Positions 31,170 to 39,340 of a stretch of DNA of 64,000 nucleotides are shown piece after piece. Both the position numbers and the translations under genes were made by a program. The notes under the pieces were generated by a model. It was given only the letters and a program-made list of their open reading frames with translations, searched no databases and was not told the origin of the DNA. The first letter of the stretch is position 1, and each line of letters starts with the position of its first letter. This stretch comes from Bacillota bacterium (GTDB taxonomy: Bacteria > Bacillota > Ch66 > Ch109): positions 736,001 through 800,000 of the forward strand of contig JBMNLH010000001.1 in NCBI GenBank assembly GCA_050952625.1, in the 5' to 3' direction.

Positions 31170-32165
31170 ATGACTTTGCTCGAGCAAATTAGACAAAAAG
31201 CTGCGAGCAACAAAAAGACTATCGTTTTACCAGAAGGGACCGAAGAAAGAACAGTTAAAGCGGTCGAAACAATTATTAAGGATCAGTTGGCTAACGTGAT
31301 TCTTCTGGGGGATCCCAGCGAGATTTCCGCAGTAGCCAAGAAGGTTGGCTCTAACATTGACGGAGCAACAATTATGGATCCCCGGAAATCTGAGCTTTAC
31401 AACGAATGTGTAGAACAGTTCTTCGAGATGCGCAAGAGCAAAGGCATGACTCTGGATAAAGCCCAAGCTTTAATGAGTGATCCGCTGTATTTTGGTTCTA
31501 TGTTAGTCCATAAAGGAGTGGCGGATGGCCAAGTTGCAGGGGCGCGCAATACAACCGGCGACGTGCTCCGACCAGCCTTACAGATTATTCGGACTGCTCC
31601 CGGGATGACTTCAGTCTCCGGTGCTTTCATTATGATTGTCCCTGATTGTGAATTTGGAGACAACGGTCTTTTCATTTTTGCTGACTGTGCGGTAACACCG
31701 AACCCGTCCGCAGAACAGTTGGCTGAATTTGCTTTCCAATCAAGCCAGACAGCAAAAGCTGTGGCTGGTATCGAAAACCCAGTCATCGGCATGATGTCTT
31801 TCTCCACTAAGGGTAGTGCCAGTCACGAGTTTGTCGATAAAGTAGTCAAGGCAACCGAAATTGCGAAGCAACGCTGGCCGGAATTGGCCCTGGATGGTGA
31901 ATTCCAGGCTGATGCGGCTCTAGTTCCGAAAGTTGGTGCCTCTAAGGCTCCCGGCAGTGCGGCAGCCGGAAAAGCAAATATACTTATCTTCCCTGACCTG
32001 GATGCTGGCAACATCGGCTACAAGCTGACGCAGCGTTTAGCGAAGGCGGAAGCGATTGGGCCAATTCTCCAGGGTATGAATAAACCAGTCAATGATTTAT
32101 CTCGTGGATGCAGCGTCGAGGACGTAGTCAATGTGGTGGCCATAACTGCAGTCAAGGCTCAATAA
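31170..32165 (+). CDS. pta: Phosphate acetyltransferase
   Basis: IVLPEG, FADCAV, SFSTKGSA, DGEFQADAA, FPDLDAGNIGYK, NDLSRG. Confidence 0.97.
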   Translation: MTLLEQIRQKAASNKKTIVLPEGTEERTVKAVETIIKDQLANVILLGDPSEISAVAKKVGSNIDGATIMDPRKSELYNECVEQFFEMRKSKGMTLDKAQALMSDPLYFGSMLVHKGVADGQVAGARNTTGDVLRPALQIIRTAPGMTSVSGAFIMIVPDCEFGDNGLFIFADCAVTPNPSAEQLAEFAFQSSQTAKAVAGIENPVIGMMSFSTKGSASHEFVDKVVKATEIAKQRWPELALDGEFQADAALVPKVGASKAPGSAAAGKANILIFPDLDAGNIGYKLTQRLAKAEAIGPILQGMNKPVNDLSRGCSVEDVVNVVAITAVKAQ

Positions 32166-32210
32166 TTAATTTCCCATACGATAAATACTTGAGGGAGGGT
32201 CTTGTGTAAA

Positions 32211-33419
32211 ATGAGTTTTAACGTATTGGTTGTCAACTGTGGCAGTTCATCAATTAAGTATCAGGTCATTGATATGGATTCTAAGCAGGAAATGGCTAGC
32301 GGTCTAGTAGACCGCGTCGGTATTCCCGGAACAGTGCTTACCCATAAGCCTGAAGGCAAGGATAAAGCAGTTATTGAAAGAGATTTACCGGATCATACTG
32401 CCGGTATGCAATTAGTGCTGGAAACTTTGGTTCATCCGGAATATGGGGTAGTCAAAGATTTAGCAGAAATCAAAGCAGTCGGTCACCGCGTCGTGCATGG
32501 AGGAGAGAACTTTGCTGAGTCAGTTTTGATTACTGACGATGTTAAAAAAGTGATTCGTGATTGTTTTGATATTGCACCTTTGCATAATCCACCTAACCTT
32601 ATGGGGATTGAGGCTTGTCAGACACTCATGCCAAACGTACCTCATGTTGCCGTTTTTGATACCGCTTTCCATCAAACTATGCCCCCGGAAAACTTTATGT
32701 ATGCTCTGCCCTTTGAGTTATACGAAAATTATAAAGTTCGCCGTTATGGTTTTCATGGCACTTCTCATTACTATGTCACCCACCGAGCCGCCGCCCTTTT
32801 GGGAAAACCGGTTGAGCAAACTAAAATTATTACCCTGCATCTCGGCAATGGTGCCAGCGTAGCTGCCGTGGATGGCGGCAAGGTTATTGATACCTCGATG
32901 GGCTTTACACCATTGGAGGGTCTGGTCATGGGCACTCGCAGCGGGGACATCGATCCGGCAATCGTTTTCTTCATTATGGAGAAACTTAACATGGGACCCG
33001 CTGAAATTAATAATTACCTAAACAAGAAGGCCGGGGCCTTAGGCCTTTCCGGGGTCAGTAATGATTTCCGGGATATCGGGGATGCCGCTGATGCTGGTAA
33101 TAAGCGAGCTCAGTTAACTCTGCAAGTTTACGTCAACCGGGTTAAGAATTATATCGGTGGCTACATGGCGAAGTTAAACGGCTGTGATGCCATTGTCTTT
33201 ACCGCTGGTTTGGGCGAAAATGGCATTCCGATCCGGCAAATGATCTGTGACAATATGGACTTCTTGGGAATTAAGATGGATGCTGAAAAGAATAAGGTCC
33301 GGGGTAAAGAGATTGATGTAGCAACTGAAGACTCCAAGATTCGGATTTTCGTTATCCCAACCAACGAAGAATTAGTTATTGCTACGGATACCTATAATAT
33401 TGCGATGAAACAGAAGTAA
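32211..33419 (+). CDS. ackA: Acetate kinase
   Basis: NCGSSSIKY, GHRVVHGG, APLHNP, RRYGFHGTSH, HLGNG, GTRSGD, PTNEE. Confidence 0.97.
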   Translation: MSFNVLVVNCGSSSIKYQVIDMDSKQEMASGLVDRVGIPGTVLTHKPEGKDKAVIERDLPDHTAGMQLVLETLVHPEYGVVKDLAEIKAVGHRVVHGGENFAESVLITDDVKKVIRDCFDIAPLHNPPNLMGIEACQTLMPNVPHVAVFDTAFHQTMPPENFMYALPFELYENYKVRRYGFHGTSHYYVTHRAAALLGKPVEQTKIITLHLGNGASVAAVDGGKVIDTSMGFTPLEGLVMGTRSGDIDPAIVFFIMEKLNMGPAEINNYLNKKAGALGLSGVSNDFRDIGDAADAGNKRAQLTLQVYVNRVKNYIGGYMAKLNGCDAIVFTAGLGENGIPIRQMICDNMDFLGIKMDAEKNKVRGKEIDVATEDSKIRIFVIPTNEELVIATDTYNIAMKQK

Positions 33420-33476
33420 ACAAAGGTCACCGCTTAATCCTGGATTTTGGATAAACGATTTGGCCCATTGGGGATA

Positions 33477-33599
33477 TTTAATCCGATTCCAAAGACCCCC
33501 ACTTCTATATTAAGTGGGGGTTAATTTTTTGAACTTTTTCAGGTGAAGTAGAGTCTCCATCAAGAAGTCTCGATATTCAGTGAAGACGAACGAGTTCAC
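33477..33599 (+). mobile_element. Miniature IS200/IS605-end-like element, copy B (degenerate)
   Basis: AGACCCCCACTT..AAGTGGGGG, CAGGTGAAGTAGAGTCTCCATC, ends CGAGTTCAC; aligns with copy A. Confidence 0.72.
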
Positions 33600-33610
33600 T
33601 GGTCCTATTC

Positions 33611-33640
33611 TTGACAAGTGGTATAATGCCTCGGTATAAT
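33611..33640 (+). promoter_or_regulatory. SigA-type promoter of yceD-rpmF
   Basis: TTGACA-N18-TATAAT. Confidence 0.75.
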
Positions 33641-33659
33641 TAACCGTGGTAAAAGGCAG

Positions 33660-34208
33660 GTGATTCCTGTGCTGGTTAACTTGGCGGAAATTAGAAAAAA
33701 TTTTGGCTTGACTAGGAACTATCATTTTGAAGAACAGTTTCCGCCATTATCATTAATGGGTGAGGAGATAACGTTTTCCACCCCGGTCCTGGCGGACGTT
33801 ACCGTGCACAACACTGGCATGGTTTTGCAAATGAAGGGGTCAATAAGGACCCGGGCTCTTCTGGCTTGCGGCCGGTGTCTTAAGTTAGTGGATTATCCGA
33901 TTCAAATAGAATTTGAGATCCCCTATGTTCACCAGGATGATCTTAATGAGATTGGGATTCAGGTTGAGCCGGGTGAAGATCCTGACAACTATGAAATATT
34001 TGGGGAACAGCCAATTAACCTGCGGGATATTATTACGGAAAACATTATCATGGCTATTCCGATGAGTTTTCTCTGTCACCCAGATTGTCGCGGTTTGTGT
34101 GTTCAGTGTGGTCAGGACCTGAATCAAGCAGAGTGCGACTGTCAACCAGAGCAGATTGATCCTCGACTAGCGGTGCTGCAAGAATTATTAAAATTCAAGC
34201 AAGAATAG
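33660..34208 (+). CDS. YceD/DUF177 family protein
   Basis: CGRCL, LCHPDCRGLCVQCG.DLN...C.C, IDPRLA; directly upstream of rpmF. Confidence 0.92.
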   Translation: MIPVLVNLAEIRKNFGLTRNYHFEEQFPPLSLMGEEITFSTPVLADVTVHNTGMVLQMKGSIRTRALLACGRCLKLVDYPIQIEFEIPYVHQDDLNEIGIQVEPGEDPDNYEIFGEQPINLRDIITENIIMAIPMSFLCHPDCRGLCVQCGQDLNQAECDCQPEQIDPRLAVLQELLKFKQE

Positions 34209-34241
34209 TAATCAAGGTCTTCGTTGAAGGGGGTGCAAAGG

Positions 34242-34418
34242 ATGGGAGTTCCAGCCAGGAGAAGGTCTAAAACCAGGACCAACCGGAGAAGGGCAATGCA
34301 AAAAATCAGCGCCCCCGGATTGAATGAGTGTCCACAGTGCCATGAGTTAAAGTTGCCACATCGGATTTGTCCCAAGTGTGGCTACTATCAGGGTCGAGAA
34401 GTCCAGAGTCAGGCATAA
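34242..34418 (+). CDS. rpmF: 50S ribosomal protein L32
   Basis: MGVPARRRSKTR...CPQC...PHRICPKCGYY. Confidence 0.96.
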   Translation: MGVPARRRSKTRTNRRRAMQKISAPGLNECPQCHELKLPHRICPKCGYYQGREVQSQA

Positions 34419-34506
34419 AGTCGGTTAATTAATGGTACAAAGTGCTGCCCTAACAAGCAGCACTTTTCCATATCAGGATTATGGGATTGGAGGGCTGGTA
34501 TAAAGA

Positions 34507-35520
34507 ATGAGGGTGGCTTTAGATGCCATGGGAGGGGATTTTGCTCCCCGGGAACTAGTCGCTGGCGCGGTAGAGGCAATTAATAATCTGGAACTGAGGA
34601 TTCTGCTGGTCGGTCAAGAAGAGCTATTGCAGGAAGAGATTTCCTTTTTAGTCGAACAAAAAAGAATTGAACGTAGCCTGCTTGAGAAAAGATTGACAAT
34701 AATTCCAGCCAGCCAGGTAATAGGAATGGATGAGGAGCCGGTGATGGCTCTAAGAAAGAAGAAAGATGCCTCAATTGTCGTCGCTACTCGGCTGGTGAAG
34801 GATGGTCTGGCCGAGGCAGTGGTTTCAGCCGGGAGTACTGGGGCTCAAATGGCGGCGGCACTATTGATTTTGGGAAGGATGGCTGGTGTCGAACGACCGG
34901 CGATTGTGACCGTTTTACCAGGGAAAAATGGCCCCAAGTTACTGCTGGATGCTGGGGCTAACGTGGATTGCCGGCCTAAACACCTTGAACAGTTCAGCTT
35001 GATGGGCAGTATATATGCATCTACGGTTCTTGGTCTGAAAAATCCGGGAGTAGGCCTGCTGAATATTGGCGAAGAGGAAGGTAAGGGGAATGAATTAACT
35101 AAGCAGACCTATCAGTTGCTTAAAGAGGCTCCGGTCCGCTTTATCGGTAATATTGAAGGTCGGGAACTGCTCACCGGTGAAGCGGATATTATTGTCTGTG
35201 ATGGATTTATTGGTAATGTGGTCCTCAAGCTAACCGAAGGATTAGCTAAGACCCTGTTCGAAATGATTAAGGAAGAATTAAGCCGTAATGCTCGGGCACG
35301 GGCTGGGGCGGCGTTAATCCTCCCCGGGTTAAAGAATTTGAAACAGCGGCTTGATTATGCTGAATATGGGGGAGCACCACTGCTGGGGGTTAAGGGTATC
35401 AGTATTATTTGTCATGGCAGTTCTCAGGCCAGGGCGATTTATAATGCGATTCGGGTGGCGAAAGAGAGTATTGAAAACAGACTAGTTGACCAATTGTCAA
35501 GTGTCCTAGTCGACAAATAG
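34507..35520 (+). CDS. plsX: Phosphate acyltransferase
   Basis: ALDAMGGD, SAGSTGA, LDAGANVD, LLNIGEE, CDGFIGN, YGGAPLLG, CHGSS. Confidence 0.96.
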   Translation: MRVALDAMGGDFAPRELVAGAVEAINNLELRILLVGQEELLQEEISFLVEQKRIERSLLEKRLTIIPASQVIGMDEEPVMALRKKKDASIVVATRLVKDGLAEAVVSAGSTGAQMAAALLILGRMAGVERPAIVTVLPGKNGPKLLLDAGANVDCRPKHLEQFSLMGSIYASTVLGLKNPGVGLLNIGEEEGKGNELTKQTYQLLKEAPVRFIGNIEGRELLTGEADIIVCDGFIGNVVLKLTEGLAKTLFEMIKEELSRNARARAGAALILPGLKNLKQRLDYAEYGGAPLLGVKGISIICHGSSQARAIYNAIRVAKESIENRLVDQLSSVLVDK

Positions 35521-35596
35521 TCTGGCATTATAACAATGAAAGCTGATGCAGTCGTATTATCAAACTAATTAGATCCTGAGGGGAGGAATTTATCAA

Positions 35597-35836
35597 ATGG
35601 AAAATATTTTGGAAAAGGTTAAAGTCATCATGGCGGAGCATCTTAATATTGATCCTCAAACAATTACTCTGGACACCACCTTTCAGGAATTAGAAGCTGA
35701 TTCGCTGGATGTGGTGGAAATGGTCATGACCCTTGAAGATGAATTTGATATTGAGATTCCGGATGAGCAGATAGAAAATATCAAGGACAAGGATGTCAGA
35801 CAAATCGTAGACTACATTTATGGGGTACTGAAATAG
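35597..35836 (+). CDS. acpP: Acyl carrier protein
   Basis: ADSLDVVEMVMTLEDEFDIEIPDE. Confidence 0.95.
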   Translation: MENILEKVKVIMAEHLNIDPQTITLDTTFQELEADSLDVVEMVMTLEDEFDIEIPDEQIENIKDKDVRQIVDYIYGVLK

Positions 35837-35885
35837 ACGATACTGGGGAATGAAAGGGGTCCCCGTGATTGTCTGCGGGGCTCTA

Positions 35886-35991
35886 TTTATTCAATTCAGC
35901 TGCTATGAGTGGGGGTTGCCTCGTTTAACTTCGGATGGAGTAGAGTCTCCATCTGAAGCCTTGATGTTCAGCGAAGCTGAACGGAGTTCAC
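35886..35991 (+). mobile_element. Miniature IS200/IS605-end-like element, copy C (first hairpin partly deleted)
   Basis: GAGTGGGGG, CTTCGGATGGAGTAGAGTCTCCATCTGAAG, GTTCAGCGAAGCTGAAC, GAGTTCAC. Confidence 0.72.
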
Positions 35992-36013
35992 TTAGTTTGG
36001 AGTGTGGGCAATT

Positions 36014-36751
36014 ATGGACAAAAACCGTCTCGCTGAATTAAAAAAAATGTCCGAAACCTGGCAGTTGCCAGAGATCAATCTAGAATTACTAAATCGAGCC
36101 TTAATCCACCCTTCTTATGCTTTTGAAAATCAAGGACGGACAATTGAGCACAATCAACGGTTGGAGTTTTTGGGCGATGCCGTACTTGGGTTAATTGCCG
36201 CTGAATACCTTTATCAATCTTTCCCTGATCTTTCAGAAGGAGATTTAACTAAAATACGGGCTTCCGCAGTTTGCGAATCAACTCTGGCCGCCGTCGCCCG
36301 GTTGATCGGCTTAGGGGATTATCTTTGTTTGGGGAAAGGCGAGGAGCTAAGCGGCGGTCGAGAACGGCCCTCAATCCTGGCCGATGCCCTGGAAGCAGTA
36401 ATTGGTGCTATTTATCTATCCGGGGGCTTTGAGCCAGTTCGTTCTTTTATCTTACGCTATTTAAAGGATAGTTTGAGTCAACCCCCTGGAGGCCATCTAG
36501 GTGACTATAAGACCACTCTCCAGGAAACGGTCCAACAGCGGGGCAGTGAAAGTGTATCGTATAAAATAATGCAAGAATTTGGTCCGGACCATAATAAGCG
36601 GTTCATCGCCGGAGTTTTTTATCGTGGCCGGTTGCTCGGGCAGGGTGAAGGCCGGACCAAAAAAGAAGCTGAACAGCAAGCAGCCCGGATCGCTCTGGAA
36701 AAAACCCAATGGAATTTGATTTTTCAACGGGCAGGGGAAGCAAATGACTAA
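36014..36751 (+). CDS. rnc: Ribonuclease III
   Basis: NQRLEFLGDAVL, ADALEAVIGA, C-terminal dsRBD (DYKTTLQE...KKEAEQQAA). Confidence 0.97.
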   Translation: MDKNRLAELKKMSETWQLPEINLELLNRALIHPSYAFENQGRTIEHNQRLEFLGDAVLGLIAAEYLYQSFPDLSEGDLTKIRASAVCESTLAAVARLIGLGDYLCLGKGEELSGGRERPSILADALEAVIGAIYLSGGFEPVRSFILRYLKDSLSQPPGGHLGDYKTTLQETVQQRGSESVSYKIMQEFGPDHNKRFIAGVFYRGRLLGQGEGRTKKEAEQQAARIALEKTQWNLIFQRAGEAND

Positions 36752-37862
36752 GCAGTGGAGTATTATTCCTTTTTTTATTCCCCATCAGGGTTGTCCGCAT
36801 GCCTGTGTTTTTTGCAATCAACGTAAGATCAGTGGCCAAGAATTAAAACCAACCGGGGTTGAGGTGGCCTCCCGAATTAGGGAGTATCTCCGCACTATTC
36901 CCTCTAACCGTCGGGTAGAGGTCGCTTTTTATGGCGGAAGTTTTACCGGGGTGTCGCCTGAACTCCAGGAGGAACTGTTATGGCCGGCTTTTCAAGCTTA
37001 TCAACAAGGTTGGATTGATGGAATTAGGGTATCCACCCGGCCAGACCTGATCGACCAGTTGGTAGTAAGACGGTTAATCAACCGCGGCGTAAAGACAATC
37101 GAACTAGGGGTGCAGTCGCTTGACCCGGAAGTTCTCCGGGCATCGAGGCGAGGTCATGGAGTTAACGAGGTAGCCCAAGCAGTCGAGATTATTCGCGAGG
37201 CTGGCTTAAATCTAGGTTTACAAATGATGATTGGCTTACCTAGAGATAACCGAGAGCGGACACTAGCGACTGGTCAGGCCTTAACAAAGCTGGGTCCGGA
37301 TTTTGTACGGATTTATCCAACGGTGGTAATTCGAGATACCTATTTGCATAAGATGTTGCAGCACGGAGATTATCGCCCTTTAACTTTAACCGAGGCGGTT
37401 GACTGGGCTACTTCTTTGTACTTGCAATTTGCGAGACACGAAATCCCGGTTATTCGAATCGGGTTACAGCCGACAGAAAATCTGCTGACCGCGGGTGACC
37501 TAGTCGCCGGCCCTTTTCATCCGGCGTTTGGGGAGTTAGTCGAGGCGGCGGCAGCGCAAAAACAGTTAACGACCTTATTAAACATGTGGACTGATTCAGA
37601 AAGATTAGAGTTTAGACCAATCAACAATCCCCCAATTTCCGGTCCTCCTAAACTAACCTTATTTCTCAATCCCCGCTACTGGTCACGAATTGTCGGTCAG
37701 AAACGAAGTAATCTAATCTACCTTGAAAGGAATTGGCAGATATCCTTAAAATTACAAAGCGACGGCCTTCTTCCTTTGCGTGATCTTAGGCTAAAGTCAG
37801 AACCGGAAAAACGAGAATATTATTTATCGTGGGAGGGATTTTTAACCAATTGTCGAATATAA
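36744..37862 (+). CDS. Elp3-like radical SAM protein
   Basis: GCPHACVFCNQ, AFYGGSFT, ELGVQS, RIYPT, AGPFHPAF. Confidence 0.9.
   Translation: MTKQWSIIPFFIPHQGCPHACVFCNQRKISGQELKPTGVEVASRIREYLRTIPSNRRVEVAFYGGSFTGVSPELQEELLWPAFQAYQQGWIDGIRVSTRPDLIDQLVVRRLINRGVKTIELGVQSLDPEVLRASRRGHGVNEVAQAVEIIREAGLNLGLQMMIGLPRDNRERTLATGQALTKLGPDFVRIYPTVVIRDTYLHKMLQHGDYRPLTLTEAVDWATSLYLQFARHEIPVIRIGLQPTENLLTAGDLVAGPFHPAFGELVEAAAAQKQLTTLLNMWTDSERLEFRPINNPPISGPPKLTLFLNPRYWSRIVGQKRSNLIYLERNWQISLKLQSDGLLPLRDLRLKSEPEKREYYLSWEGFLTNCRI
37833..37860 (+). promoter_or_regulatory. Putative SigH promoter of spoVS
   Basis: GAGGGATTT-N10-GTCGAAT; spoVS is SigH-dependent in Bacillus. Confidence 0.5.
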
Positions 37863-37935
37863 TTTGGTAATGAACTACTTAATGTTTTAGTAATTCACTT
37901 CTAAACCTATTTTATATTTTAAGGAGGACGGACCA

Positions 37936-38196
37936 ATGGAAGTACTAAAGGTATCAGCTCATTCAAACCCCAAGTCGGTAGCGGGGGCTCTAACCGCTGT
38001 ATTGCGTGAAAAAGGAAGGGCTGAAGTTCAGGCAGTCGGAGCCGGTGCGGTTAACCAGGCGATTAAAGCGATTGCAATTACTCGAGGGTTTGTCGCCCCT
38101 AATGGTATGGATTTGGTCGCAGTACCGGCGTTTGTGGAAATCAATATTGAAGGGGAAGACAGGACAGCAATCAAATTTATTATTGAGCCCAGGTAA
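37936..38196 (+). CDS. spoVS: Stage V sporulation protein S
   Basis: MEVLKVSA.SNPKSVAGAL...GAGAVNQAIKAIAI.RGFVAP. Confidence 0.96.
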   Translation: MEVLKVSAHSNPKSVAGALTAVLREKGRAEVQAVGAGAVNQAIKAIAITRGFVAPNGMDLVAVPAFVEINIEGEDRTAIKFIIEPR

Positions 38197-38329
38197 TAGA
38201 TGATTATGTTAGATCAGAATAAGAATTTATCACCTGAGGACGGATGCTTATACTGCTAAAAGCAGTTTTTTTTTGTGCTTTTGGTATAATAAGAAAATAG
38301 TTCTATTTACTCCTTGGGGGGATTTTGGG

Positions 38330-39295
38330 TTGAAAAAAGAATTGCTTTTAATTTTGAGTCGCTCCTCAGAATTTGTTTCCGGTGAGCAGTTAAGCCAGAT
38401 AATGGGGGTTTCCCGCACCGCAGTTTGGAAGCAGATTCAAAGTTTGCGCGAGCAGGGCTATCGGATTGAGGCCCAGCCCCGGCTTGGTTATCGTCTGTTA
38501 AGCCGGCCGGATCGTCTATTGCCGGAAGAAGTTACCTTTGGCTTGAGAACTAAGTACCTGGGACAGGCAGTTATCTATTATGACGAAATCGAGTCAACGA
38601 ATGATGCCGCTCGACGCTTGGCTCAACAGGGGGCTCAAGAAGGAACTTTAGTGGTGGCGGAAAGGCAAACCCAAGGGAAAGGTCGGCTGGGGCGGCTTTG
38701 GGTAACCCCGCGGGGTGAAGCTCTGTCTTTTTCTTTCATCCTCCGTCCCCAACTCCTGCCTCAAGAAGCACCCCGCGCCACTTTAGTTTCGGCCGTCGCG
38801 GTTGCTCAAGCTTTGCGGGCCCTTACCGGGCTGGAGGTTAAGATTAAATGGCCAAATGATCTGCTCATTGAAGGCAAGAAGATAGTCGGCATTTTGACCG
38901 AGATGAATTCGGAAATAGATCGGATTAACTACTTGGTGGTTGGAATCGGCATTAATGTCAACATGGATCCAGACATCTTTCCGCCAGATTTTAGGGATAG
39001 AGCTACCTCGCTCCGGGCTCAATTACAGCAGCCGGTTTCTCGCTTGGCAGTCCTGCAGCGATCTTTGGAAGAATTAGAGAGGTGTTATGAATCCTGGAAG
39101 ACGGGAGAGTTTAGCGAACTCTTACGGGAATGGAGAGAGCTTTCAGACACCCTGGGGAAAACAGTTCGGGTAAATGACCTGGAGCGGGTAATTGAGGGCT
39201 TGGCGGAAGATATAGAGGAAGACGGCAGTCTTCGTTTGAGGCTAAGTGATGGGACGATTTATCGGGTTATTGTGGGCGATGTTTTGTTTGGGTAA
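38330..39295 (+). CDS. birA: Bifunctional biotin ligase / biotin operon repressor
   Basis: N-terminal wHTH (VSGEQLS...VSRTAVWK), STND, QTQGKGRLGR, IKWPND, KIVGIL. Confidence 0.95.
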   Translation: MKKELLLILSRSSEFVSGEQLSQIMGVSRTAVWKQIQSLREQGYRIEAQPRLGYRLLSRPDRLLPEEVTFGLRTKYLGQAVIYYDEIESTNDAARRLAQQGAQEGTLVVAERQTQGKGRLGRLWVTPRGEALSFSFILRPQLLPQEAPRATLVSAVAVAQALRALTGLEVKIKWPNDLLIEGKKIVGILTEMNSEIDRINYLVVGIGINVNMDPDIFPPDFRDRATSLRAQLQQPVSRLAVLQRSLEELERCYESWKTGEFSELLREWRELSDTLGKTVRVNDLERVIEGLAEDIEEDGSLRLRLSDGTIYRVIVGDVLFG

Positions 39296-39332
39296 TCCCT
39301 CACTTATGTGGGAGTCTTTTGATTCAGATAAA
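39296..39332 (-). mobile_element. Truncated left end of the miniature element, copy D (inverted)
   Basis: Reverse complement reads TTTATCTGAATCAAAAGACTCCCACATAAGTGAGGGA, matching the start of copy A. Confidence 0.6.
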
Positions 39333-39340
39333 GGAGTGCC

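Noticed and set aside
35850-36041. 63-aa ORF between acpP and rnc
   Set aside because: It reads through the miniature element copy C; a chance ORF
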